A DNA stretch of 50,924 nt. It comes from Candidatus Amesbacteria bacterium. GTDB lineage: Bacteria > Patescibacteriota > Microgenomatia > CAZETR01 > Amesbacteraceae. Under the pieces are notes generated by a model that saw only the letters and a list, made by a program, of their open reading frames with translations, was not told where the DNA came from and made no database searches. The translations under genes were made by a program, and so were the position numbers. Positions 18,170-26,801 of the stretch are shown here, piece after piece. The stretch lies in assembly GCA_016219445.1 (NCBI GenBank), contig JACRNA010000013.1, forward strand, positions 1 to 50,924. Reading direction: 5' to 3'. The stretch's first letter is position 1, and each line of letters opens with the position of its first letter.

Positions 18170-18711
18170 TCTTCGTGAGGAATTAAACCCATTGCAGATG
18201 GAGGCCAATATCTAATCCAAGCTTTGCCGACAATTGATTTGCGTGAGACAGGACCAAATTCACGGGAATCAGAACTGTAATTGCGATTATCTCCGAAAGC
18301 CATATAGTAGCCCGGTGGGATTTTGTAGGGAACATTGTTTCTCAAAAATGATTTTTGGTTTGTCAATAAACCCTCAGGTAAATATATTTCCGGTAATTTT
18401 TTATCATTAATAAAAACATATCCATCTTTCAGCATAATTGTTTCATCAGGCATACCCACAATTCGCTTTATATAATCACTGTTAGCAGGGGGTGGAGCAT
18501 GAAAGACAATGACCTCACCCCTTTTTGGAGAGCCGGTATTATAGGAAAATTTATCGGTCAAAATATATTCTTTGTTGTGAAACCGAGGATACATTGAGTT
18601 ACCGTCCACTTTGTGAGGCTGAAACAAAAAGAGATAGATCATCATAAAGACCGCAAATGCCATGACTACAGGCTGAAGAGCCTCGAGAATAGCAAATCCA
18701 CTTCGCATCAT
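18148..18711 (-). CDS. lepB: signal peptidase I
   Basis: GNSMYP (catalytic Ser) and GDNRNYSSDSR boxes. The ATG at 18711 is preceded by CATAAT-N7. The track TTG start at 18753 would abut tRNA-Val. Confidence 0.9.
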   Translation of the reverse strand: MMRSGFAILEALQPVVMAFAVFMMIYLFLFQPHKVDGNSMYPRFHNKEYILTDKFSYNTGSPKRGEVIVFHAPPPANSDYIKRIVGMPDETIMLKDGYVFINDKKLPEIYLPEGLLTNQKSFLRNNVPYKIPPGYYMAFGDNRNYSSDSREFGPVSRKSIVGKAWIRYWPPSAMGLIPHEDYSTIPL

Positions 18712-18756
18712 ATTCTTTATTATGACCACTATGTTAAAATTTGTCCAGACCAAAAA

Positions 18757-18830
18757 GGACGATTAGCTCAGCTGGCTAGAGCGTTCGATTCACATTCGAG
18801 AGGCCGGGGGTTCAAGTCCCTCATCGTCCA
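18757..18830 (+). tRNA. tRNA-Val (anticodon CAC)
   Basis: Hand-folded cloverleaf: GGACGAT/ATCGTCC acceptor, GCTC/GAGC D stem, anticodon loop TTCACAT, T arm GGGGG-TTCAAGT-CCCTC, discriminator A. Confidence 0.92.
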
Positions 18831-18902
18831 CCCACATGATGAAAATATTATATTTTGCTCTGACTCTTTTGGTGGAACAATATTAAAAGTTAATACACGA
18901 AT

Positions 18903-18916
18903 ATCGCGGCCGCGAT
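18903..18916. repeat. perfect 14-bp GC-rich palindrome ATCGCGGCCGCGAT, possibly a bidirectional terminator stem
   Basis: Lies in the AT-rich spacer between the tRNA-Val 3' end and the ruvB stop. Confidence 0.35.
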
Positions 18917-18939
18917 TATAATGTCTTAGCAATAATTCT

Positions 18940-19932
18940 TTATTTGTTCAAATGCTTTAAAGCCAGAGGAGTGACGGTCCGGCCACGGGGAGTGCGGACA
19001 AGGAAGCCTAGTTGCATCAGATAGGGTTCGATGACTTCTTCGATAGTTCCCACATCTTCAGAAAGTGACGCAGCAAGAGTTTCTATACCCACCGGTCCGC
19101 CGCCAAATTTTTCGATAATAGTAATTAAAACGCGGCGGTCAGAATCGTCAAGACCTTGATGGTCTACTTCAACCAGCTCCAGTGTTTTTTGCAAGACCAA
19201 GTCAGTGACGATTCCGGATTCATGGACTTGGGCATAATCGCGGACTCTTTTTAATAATTTTAGAGCAATTCTTGGAGTACCCCGAGATCTGATGGCCAGC
19301 TGCAAAGATAAATCCGGAGAAATTTTGACTTGTAATTTTTGGGCCGCATTTAAAATCACTTGGGATAATTCTTCCGGTGAATAATAAGACAATCGGTGGA
19401 CAATGCCAAAGCGGTCCCGCAGCGGAGCTGATATCATTCCAATTCTGGTTGTGGCGCCGATTATTGTAATATGTGGTAGATCCAGACGGAGTGTCTTGGC
19501 TGAAGGTCCCTTGCCAATTATTATATCCAAAGCAAAATCCTCCATAGCCGGATAGAGCGTCTCCTCCACGACTTTACTCAGCCTATGAATCTCGTCAATA
19601 AATAAAATATCATGGGGTTCCAGATTGGTGAGAATTGCGGCCAAATCTCCCGCCCGTTCTATTGCCGGACCAGATGTCACCTTAATGTTTACCCCCATTT
19701 CTTTGGCAATTAAATGCGAGAGCGTAGTTTTTCCCAATCCGGGTGGACCATAAAGTAGGGTATGTTCCATGGCTTCTTTGCGGTGTTTTGCGGCTTTAAT
19801 CGCAATATTCAGAGACTCTTTGATTTTTTGCTGGCCCACAAACTCGTCCCATATCTGGGCTCTCAGGGACACTAATAATTGTTCTTCATCGTCCATAATA
19901 TTTGAGGACTTTTCTGACTGTTTCTGCCACAC
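18940..19932 (-). CDS. ruvB: Holliday junction helicase RuvB
   Basis: Walker [16 protein letters not shown], and the arginine finger region. The likely true start is the ATG at 19896 (MDDEEQ), which would overlap ruvA by 11 nt. Confidence 0.95.
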   Translation of the reverse strand: MWQKQSEKSSNIMDDEEQLLVSLRAQIWDEFVGQQKIKESLNIAIKAAKHRKEAMEHTLLYGPPGLGKTTLSHLIAKEMGVNIKVTSGPAIERAGDLAAILTNLEPHDILFIDEIHRLSKVVEETLYPAMEDFALDIIIGKGPSAKTLRLDLPHITIIGATTRIGMISAPLRDRFGIVHRLSYYSPEELSQVILNAAQKLQVKISPDLSLQLAIRSRGTPRIALKLLKRVRDYAQVHESGIVTDLVLQKTLELVEVDHQGLDDSDRRVLITIIEKFGGGPVGIETLAASLSEDVGTIEEVIEPYLMQLGFLVRTPRGRTVTPLALKHLNK

Positions 19933-20437
19933 TTTCGTCTTGTCCTACAATATTTATCGCTCTTTGGGCTTCGGATTGGGTGTACCCCATTGATTGTAAT
20001 GCCAAGATTGCTTCAGTTGTTGGTTCGTCTTGCGACAAATTCAGATCAGTCAGGCCGCCTATTTTATTTTTCAATTCAATTATTATTTTTTGAGCATTTT
20101 TCTTGCCGAGTCTCGGGATTTGGGTAAAAAAACCGACATCAGCTGTAGCAATTGCCTTGCCAATTTTGGCAGCACCTTGAGCCATGGTCAAAAGCGCAGT
20201 CTTAGGTCCGATACCCGACACAGATATTAACCATTCAAACATTTGTAATTCACTGGGATTGGCAAATCCATATAGATCCAGTGAGTCTTCACGGACATGG
20301 GTATGAATATATAATTCAATTTGAGACCCGACCGGAAACAATTTTGCCACATAGACCTTGTAGCCGATGTTATTGACGAGCACAAGAATTGAATCAATAT
20401 TTGTATATTTGATTTCACCTTGAATATAGCCGATCAT
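19886..20437 (-). CDS. ruvA: Holliday junction DNA-binding protein RuvA
   Basis: [10 protein letters not shown]-terminus, HhH motifs ([19 protein letters not shown]) and a domain III tail. Confidence 0.92.
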   Translation of the reverse strand: MIGYIQGEIKYTNIDSILVLVNNIGYKVYVAKLFPVGSQIELYIHTHVREDSLDLYGFANPSELQMFEWLISVSGIGPKTALLTMAQGAAKIGKAIATADVGFFTQIPRLGKKNAQKIIIELKNKIGGLTDLNLSQDEPTTEAILALQSMGYTQSEAQRAINIVGQDESVAETVRKVLKYYGR

Positions 20438-20928
20438 ATATTTTGTTTTTTCTGATGTAGTTTATAAGAGAAAGCGTGGGTAAGTGCAATAGCCAAAGCG
20501 TCCGCCGCGTCATCAGGCCTGGGGATCTCCTTTAGTTTCAAGATATTTTTGACCATTTGCTGAACTTGATTTTTATCCGCTTTTCCGTAGCCGGTGATGG
20601 CTAATTTTACTTGCAGAGGTGTGTAATCAAAAGTCTCAATATGGACTTGAGATGCCGTTAAAATTATGACACCCCTGGCTTGGCCGACCGTGATTGCCGT
20701 CTTGGCATTGGAGGCAAAATACAGTTGTTCGACCGCCACACAATTGGGTTTATATTCTTCAAATAATTTTTTTAGGAATTCTGAAATTGCCAGTAACCGA
20801 GTCTCCAGATTATCGGTTTTTGCTGTCCCAAAACAACCATAATTTGTTATTTGTGGATTTGTCATTTGAGTTTTCAGCACTCCCCATCCCACTCTGGCTA
20901 TCCCCGGATCAATACCTATTATGATCAT
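20434..20928 (-). CDS. ruvC: crossover junction endodeoxyribonuclease RuvC
   Basis: IIGIDPG catalytic Asp, EQLYF, and the C-terminal DAADALAIA. Confidence 0.92.
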   Translation of the reverse strand: MIIIGIDPGIARVGWGVLKTQMTNPQITNYGCFGTAKTDNLETRLLAISEFLKKLFEEYKPNCVAVEQLYFASNAKTAITVGQARGVIILTASQVHIETFDYTPLQVKLAITGYGKADKNQVQQMVKNILKLKEIPRPDDAADALAIALTHAFSYKLHQKKQNI

Positions 20929-20931
20929 ATC

Positions 20932-21642
20932 TCACATAAATACACCAGAATGTTTAATACTGGCCGCTAAATCCTTTAGAGTCTGTTTAAGTTTTTTATG
21001 ACCGCCCGCAGTGCTTGTAACTTCTGCAAAAGCGTTTATGAGATCTTTATAAAATAACTTGTCTCCAGTTAATCGTTCCCAAAATTCCTGCCCGGGTATT
21101 ACTTCATACGTCTTTTGTAAAGTTTTGTAAAATGTGCTTAAATCTGATTTATTTCCATACAGTACTCCGACCACCAGGTCATTGACTCTCAAGTCCAGAT
21201 TATTCGTTTTTGCTAAATTTTTAATCGTATTAAAATGGTTTGAAATAGTTACGACATCGTCTTTGTTTATCGTTTCTGGTCCAGATTTTAGTTGGCAATA
21301 TTTTTTTCGTCCATCTTTCTTGTCGATAAACTCGATGTCGATTCCCAATGTAGAGCTGCCGTACTTTCCAAGCACACCAGATATAAATTTTTGAATATTT
21401 GATCCAAAACTTGTGCTAATTGATGTTCCCAACACCCTTGGGTATAAAAGCACTTTAGCAATACTGTCGTAATCGTATTTTCCAGAGAGGAAAATAGCTA
21501 AATATTTAATCAGATAGGGATTGTAATTATATGTTGAAAGTTTACTTAGTGATGATAATTTAGAAACATGTTTTAAAATGATTGAATTTTTAAAAAATAT
21601 TTTTGCCTTTTTAAGTATTTCTTTCCGTTCTAGATCAGTCAT
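20932..21642 (-). CDS. putative type II restriction endonuclease (family not assignable by eye)
   Basis: 236 aa, lower GC, divergent from the C5 methyltransferase. It carries a PD-(D/E)XK-like GIDIEF...CQLKSG segment. Its stop is 3 nt from the ruvC start. Confidence 0.45.
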   Translation of the reverse strand: MTDLERKEILKKAKIFFKNSIILKHVSKLSSLSKLSTYNYNPYLIKYLAIFLSGKYDYDSIAKVLLYPRVLGTSISTSFGSNIQKFISGVLGKYGSSTLGIDIEFIDKKDGRKKYCQLKSGPETINKDDVVTISNHFNTIKNLAKTNNLDLRVNDLVVGVLYGNKSDLSTFYKTLQKTYEVIPGQEFWERLTGDKLFYKDLINAFAEVTSTAGGHKKLKQTLKDLAASIKHSGVFM

Positions 21643-21648
21643 AAGGCT

Positions 21649-21724
21649 ATTTTACCCCTTTAAGTTAGAATGTAAACCATTACCACAAAATAACCATTGC
21701 ATTATGTAAGGGTTATGATATGCT
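21649..21724. promoter_or_regulatory. divergent promoter/operator region of the R-M pair
   Basis: Minus strand: TAAAAT (21654-21649), N6, ATG at 21642. Plus strand: TGaTATGCT (21716-21724), N6, ATG at 21731. Between them are AACCATT direct repeats and an ATAACC..GGTTAT dyad. Confidence 0.4.
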
Positions 21725-21730
21725 CATATT

Positions 21731-22960
21731 ATGAACAATAATCTTACCGTCACAGAAGTTGCCAAAAAGTTATCAGTCTCAGCAGATACAATACGGCGAT
21801 GGGAAAAATCTGGTTTAATAAAATCCAGGCGATCAGAAAATAATTATAGACTATTTAATTACAACGAAGCCGAGAGGGTGAAAAAGAAATTACATGGTGG
21901 GAGTAGTTCCAATGGATTTAAAATATTAAAATCTACCAAAAAGACTAATTTTAATATAATAGAGTTATTCACTGGTGCTGGAGGAACTGCTTTGGGTCTC
22001 GAAAATGCCGGTCTTGTGCATGAATTAGCGGTTGAACTTGACAAAAATGCATGTGAAACCATTCGATATAATAGACCTCGCTGGAATCTTCTTGAAGATG
22101 ATATCCGAAATATAGATTTTAAGCCATGGAAAGATAAAGTTGATATTATAGAAGGGGGGTTTCCTTGTCAGTCATTCAGTTATGCTGGCAAAGGAATGGG
22201 TTTTGGTGAGACAAGAGGGACATTATTTTTTGAGTTTGCCAGAGCAATCCAGGAAACAATGCCGAAAGTCGCCGTTGGTGAAAATGTAAAAGGACTATTA
22301 AAACATGATCAAGGCCGAACATTGGATACTATGCTCAAAAAGCTTAACGAGATTGGTTACCGCGTTGGCTACAAGGTTTTACGATCGCAATATTTAGATG
22401 TTCCTCAAAAAAGAGAGAGATTGATCATTATTGCCGTAAGAAACGACCTTAGTTTTCCTTTGCTCGTACCTAAAGAGAAAGATTATTATATTTCTATACG
22501 TGAAGCATTAATCGGGGTTCCAAAATCAGATGGTCAAAAATATCCAAAACGAAAAAGTGAAATTCTAAATTTAGTCCCCCCAGGGGGTTACTGGAAAGAT
22601 CTTCCTCTCGATATTCAAAAAGAATATATGGGTAGAAGTTATTATTTGGGTGGTGGAAAAACTGGTATGGCGAGAAGATTATCTTTTGATGAACCGTCAT
22701 TGACATTGACATGCGCTCCGGCTCAAAAACAAACCGAGAGATGTCACCCAATAGAAACTCGACCGCTAACTGTTCGTGAATATGCGAGAATACAAACCTT
22801 CCCCGACGAATGGGATTTTTCTGGGTCAATGTCTTCAAAATACAGGCAAATAGGTAACGCAGTTCCAGTTAATTTGGGCTATCACATAGGTAAATCACTA
22901 ATAGCAATGCTTAAAAATTCTCCAGATTTATCAACAATGGAAATAATCAAACCAGTTTAG
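21731..22960 (+). CDS. DNA (cytosine-5)-methyltransferase with an N-terminal MerR-type HTH domain
   Basis: Motif I FTGAGG, motif IV GFPCQSFS, motif VI ENVKGL, motif VIII QKRERL and motif X GNAVPV. The N-terminal 55 aa, LTVTEVAKKLSVSADTIRRWEKSGLI, form the HTH. Confidence 0.93.
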   Translation: MNNNLTVTEVAKKLSVSADTIRRWEKSGLIKSRRSENNYRLFNYNEAERVKKKLHGGSSSNGFKILKSTKKTNFNIIELFTGAGGTALGLENAGLVHELAVELDKNACETIRYNRPRWNLLEDDIRNIDFKPWKDKVDIIEGGFPCQSFSYAGKGMGFGETRGTLFFEFARAIQETMPKVAVGENVKGLLKHDQGRTLDTMLKKLNEIGYRVGYKVLRSQYLDVPQKRERLIIIAVRNDLSFPLLVPKEKDYYISIREALIGVPKSDGQKYPKRKSEILNLVPPGGYWKDLPLDIQKEYMGRSYYLGGGKTGMARRLSFDEPSLTLTCAPAQKQTERCHPIETRPLTVREYARIQTFPDEWDFSGSMSSKYRQIGNAVPVNLGYHIGKSLIAMLKNSPDLSTMEIIKPV

Positions 22961-25347
22961 TTCCCAAACCTGTCGCCTCTTAATTGTTCGACATCACTCT
23001 TCAGAAGTCTCATGGATTCAGTCACGCTAGTATTTTTGGCTTTATTTGTCAGTGTGTCAACAGCTGAAAATAATCTGCCGGCTCGCAAATCAAAGCCTGA
23101 TATATTATTGGCCGCCGCAATATTTAGATCATTGACATAGCTTCTAATGCGCAAGACATCTTGCTTGAGAATTGCATTACTGCCGACTGCCGCCAAGGCA
23201 TCATTGGTATGGGATAGCGCGTTGGTCAGGGGATTTGACCCAAGACCGGCTTGGGACATTTGTAATCCGAAAACATGAGTGTTTGTTCCACTGGTTATAT
23301 TTCCGGAAGCTTCTTCCCAGGCCCAATCAGTATCCTTGATTTTACCAAAATAAACTATATATGCTCCGCCCGCACCACTCGGGGTAATATTCACCGTATA
23401 ATTTCCGTCAGATGGGTTATTGACAATCAATAAATTATCAGTTGGTGTCAGGGTCGAGTTAGTGGGAATTGTGACCGTAAAATTTACAGGCGAGGCAACG
23501 GTCACTATCAGAGCGTTGGCTAGTGATGACTGGGTGGATGTAGAAACTGTACCAGAAATGCCCAAGATACTTTGGATTTTAGCCAGAGTAGTGGAATTAG
23601 AAACAAGAGCTTGGTGATCTTGATTATCTTGAGCTGAATTTTCCAGAGAATTAGTAATTTGGCCACTGGTCAGAAGGACGGTGCCATCACCCGGGGCGTT
23701 GGTTACACCAATCGGTTTGCCGTTTGCCCATCTGCCCAGCAATTTATCAAATGTACCGCGGGCAGTGACAGTATATGTTTTTGGCGTATTCAGATTGGTA
23801 CCAGAAATTGTATATAAAGAAGTATTTGTCAGAGTACTTAAAAAATTGCTTTTAGTGCCGGTACCGGAATTAAAATATTCAAAGGTTGGCAATATATTTT
23901 GGAGATTAGGAAACTTGCTTTGGATTGTGGTCACATCATTGGCGTAGGATTTACGGTTCAATCTTAAATAAAGCTTAACCAGCAGACTTTGCCAGGATGG
24001 CAGGTCAGAAAAGTCTGCCCCTTCCCAAATTTTGAAAGCGGGAAGCGCGCCCGCATGCGGGCTGGCAATAGTTATCAATTTATTTATTTTGGCAGGATTG
24101 TTTTGGGCATAGAGTCTGGCAATTAATCCTCCTTGACTATGGCCGAGCAGATTGACACTAGTCAGATTTTTGCTGGTTATAAAGCTTGCCAAATTGCTGG
24201 CTGTATCCGATATACTTTTGCGCCAGTCATAATAATAAACCCACAAATCGGTGCCGTCTGTGTATCCGGAATTCTTGAGAGTGGTAATCAAGCCGTCATA
24301 GACAGTTACCAATGGCGTCAGCGACCAGCTGCTGTCAGCAACGGCCGTATTATGTACCAGGGCTTCATAATTCCAGCTTCCCCCCATGCCGGGCAAGACG
24401 ATGACTGGGGTTAGTGGTGTGGGAGTTGGGGTGGGAGTGGCCCAGCTACCTAAATTTCCTGAACTATCGATACTGGTATACCAAACTTGATTTGAAATAT
24501 TTCCATCGACAACACCTCCAGCGTGAACCAAATATCCATTGGCAATAGTTATCATGGCTCTTCTGGAAGTGAAAGGTAAATTGTTTTCCGTTTGCCAATC
24601 GTTTAATGACCCATCGGAATTTACGATAATTGACCAGACTTTATTTGTACCGGAAGAGTTGGAAACGATAGATCCACCGACTAAAATAATTTTATTTCCG
24701 ATAGTTACAGCGCCGTGTTCAAAAAGTGATGTGGGCATCGATTTGTTGGCATAACTCCAAGAGGACAAAGACCCATCTGGATTTATAGTAGATACAAAAA
24801 TATCAGACGATACAACTGGACTACCTCCATTTGTCCAGGTAGCACCACCCAATAGATAAATCTTATCATTCACTCTCACTGCAGAGCCCAATGATATTCT
24901 TCTTCCACCATTTAAATTCGGACCAGATGTCCAACTTAAAATCTTATTGTTTAATATTTGCCCAAAGTATGTCGATCCAACAGAATATGGTTGTCCAGGT
25001 GAGTTTTCTGTTGTTCCACCCAATATATAGACAAAATGATCTTTGGTAACAGATGAATGCCAAATTGATTTTTCGATCATATTTGCAGAGTCAGAATTGA
25101 TGTTACCTAATGATCCATCATTGTTTATGTCAACCGATTTTACATAACTTCTACTATCGCCCAGTTGAACTGTCGCACCATAAGTAAATAATCTATTGCT
25201 ATCTATGCTTAATTGAGTGTTTGCGTACGTATATGGAAGAGTCTTTATGCTCGACCAGCTAGAAAATGGTTCCGACGAAGCTAATATTGTGGCCAGAGTA
25301 CCATGGAAAAACAGCAAAATAGAAATGCAAATTACTTTAATTTTCAC
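22957..25347 (-). CDS. secreted Kelch-repeat / alpha-beta-hydrolase (lipase-like) fusion protein
   Basis: Signal peptide. Four to five blades marked by IN.DGSL..W and ..GG motifs. TPTPTPTPLTP linker near aa 303-314. PGMGGSW plus the nucleophile elbow GHSQGG (Ser about aa 404). Long beta-rich C-terminus. GTG start. Confidence 0.7.
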   Translation of the reverse strand: MKIKVICISILLFFHGTLATILASSEPFSSWSSIKTLPYTYANTQLSIDSNRLFTYGATVQLGDSRSYVKSVDINNDGSLGNINSDSANMIEKSIWHSSVTKDHFVYILGGTTENSPGQPYSVGSTYFGQILNNKILSWTSGPNLNGGRRISLGSAVRVNDKIYLLGGATWTNGGSPVVSSDIFVSTINPDGSLSSWSYANKSMPTSLFEHGAVTIGNKIILVGGSIVSNSSGTNKVWSIIVNSDGSLNDWQTENNLPFTSRRAMITIANGYLVHAGGVVDGNISNQVWYTSIDSSGNLGSWATPTPTPTPLTPVIVLPGMGGSWNYEALVHNTAVADSSWSLTPLVTVYDGLITTLKNSGYTDGTDLWVYYYDWRKSISDTASNLASFITSKNLTSVNLLGHSQGGLIARLYAQNNPAKINKLITIASPHAGALPAFKIWEGADFSDLPSWQSLLVKLYLRLNRKSYANDVTTIQSKFPNLQNILPTFEYFNSGTGTKSNFLSTLTNTSLYTISGTNLNTPKTYTVTARGTFDKLLGRWANGKPIGVTNAPGDGTVLLTSGQITNSLENSAQDNQDHQALVSNSTTLAKIQSILGISGTVSTSTQSSLANALIVTVASPVNFTVTIPTNSTLTPTDNLLIVNNPSDGNYTVNITPSGAGGAYIVYFGKIKDTDWAWEEASGNITSGTNTHVFGLQMSQAGLGSNPLTNALSHTNDALAAVGSNAILKQDVLRIRSYVNDLNIAAANNISGFDLRAGRLFSAVDTLTNKAKNTSVTESMRLLKSDVEQLRGDRFGN

Positions 25348-25394
25348 TACTACTATTAAGACATAAACAAATCGTCTTTGTCAAGGTATAATTA

Positions 25395-26064
25395 ATGAGA
25401 ATGAAAACTGACTACAATATATTTCATAAACAAACCAGACTTCAAAAAAGAATTATCGACGAATCTAATTATGTTTATAGAGATATCATTGGAATGATTA
25501 ATGAAAAAAAAAAAAAAAATATCTGTCGTTGGAGTGGATATTTCCGAAAATGTTATAAAAATGTGTAAACAAAACTCAACTCAATTTAATTTGAATTACA
25601 TTGATTTTATCTGCTCAGGGAAAGTCCCACAAAAAATAAAAAAGCTTAAGTTTGATTTGATTATTTGTTCTGAGGTTATAGAACACGTTGATGCAGATGT
25701 TGAGTTGATTCGGGAGTTGGCTAATTTGTTAAATGATAATGGGTTAATCATAATAACTACACCGTCTATTAATGCACCGCTATATAAAATGGGATTATTA
25801 AATAAGTTTGACAAACGAGTTGGTCATTTAAGACGCTATACAGAAGAAGAATTGCTTAAAAAGATCAAGTTATCTGGTCTAAAGATAATTAGTCTATATA
25901 AGAGAGAGGGTATTTTAAGAAATTCACTTTTTAATTTAAATGGTTTTGGCTGGATTATAAGATTTATCAGGGGTCCAATGATTAATATTGTGTCGTATAT
26001 TGATATGCTAACTGTTGGTTTATTTGGAGAATCTGATTTGCAAGTTATTGCCCAAAAATTATGA
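25395..26064 (+). pseudogene. class I SAM-dependent methyltransferase, frameshifted at the A16 run and lacking the GxGxG SAM loop
   Basis: Frame 1 (25395-25568) ends after the A run. Frame 2 (25501-26064) begins MKKKKKISVVGVDIS, at the post-motif-I strand. No LDxGCGxG is present in either frame. Confidence 0.6.
25504..25519 (+). repeat. A16 homopolymer at the 5' end of the methyltransferase gene
   Basis: Sixteen consecutive A counted directly in the sequence. Confidence 0.95.
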
Positions 26065-26801
26065 AAATATTGTTTTTGATGAGATATAAGTGGCCGCATA
26101 TTGGAGGCGTTGAAAAACATGTTCATATGATTACCAGGGAACTGGCGAAAAAACATGAAATTAAATATTTGACAGAAAAAGAAGTGGGGACAGACAAATG
26201 GGAAATATGGAGGAATATCTGGAAATACAAAAGATTGTTTGATTGGGCAGATGTTGTACATATTCACGATGTCTTTTTTTGGATTTGGACTTTTGTCACT
26301 TTCCATGGATGGGAGGGTGTCTACCCTGTGCCTTGGAAAAATATTGTGGTCAGAAAGATTAGTGAATGGATGGCCGATGGCAATATTTGTGTCGGTGAAT
26401 TTATCCGGAAATATTATTATACCAAAGCTGATTTTATAATTTATGGCGCCGCAGAAAAACAAATAACGCGAAGATTTTCCAAAAAAGACGCTATATTTGT
26501 GGGAAAAGATGGTAAAGATTTGGAATTTTACAAAAAGCTAGCTCATAAAATGAAAGTAAAATTAGATGTATTTACCAGCGACCCAAATGCCAGTAAATAT
26601 TTTTACAAATACAAATATGCCTTTGTCAATGGATACTTGGCTATATTAGAAGCCATGAGTCAAAATACGCAGGTCTATGCTTATTATGATAATCCGCTAA
26701 AATATGATTATCTGAATATGACACCATTTAATAATCTGGGCTACAAAGTTCCTACATGGGACCGGATCGCGGATATTTATGAAAAATTATGGCAAAAGTG
26801 A
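26061..26801 (+). CDS. GT4-like glycosyltransferase, N-terminal-domain-like, atypically short
   Basis: MKILFL..PHIGGVEKHV resembles the Glyco_trans_4 N-terminus. No clear EX7E C-terminal domain. Confidence 0.45.
   Translation: MKILFLMRYKWPHIGGVEKHVHMITRELAKKHEIKYLTEKEVGTDKWEIWRNIWKYKRLFDWADVVHIHDVFFWIWTFVTFHGWEGVYPVPWKNIVVRKISEWMADGNICVGEFIRKYYYTKADFIIYGAAEKQITRRFSKKDAIFVGKDGKDLEFYKKLAHKMKVKLDVFTSDPNASKYFYKYKYAFVNGYLAILEAMSQNTQVYAYYDNPLKYDYLNMTPFNNLGYKVPTWDRIADIYEKLWQK

Noticed and set aside
18613-18921. A 102-aa ORF on the plus strand.
   Set aside because: It runs straight through tRNA-Val and the lepB 5' end.
25836-26462. Long antisense ORFs: 25836-26462 and 27618-28241 (about 207 aa each), plus 10040-10408, 11861-12289, 37470-37847 and 45474-45854.
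   Set aside because: They lie entirely opposite well-supported genes (GT cluster, murG/ftsQ-position ORF, ftsZ, MBL/pepF, gatB). They have low-complexity or odd composition and no motifs. These are typical shadow ORFs.
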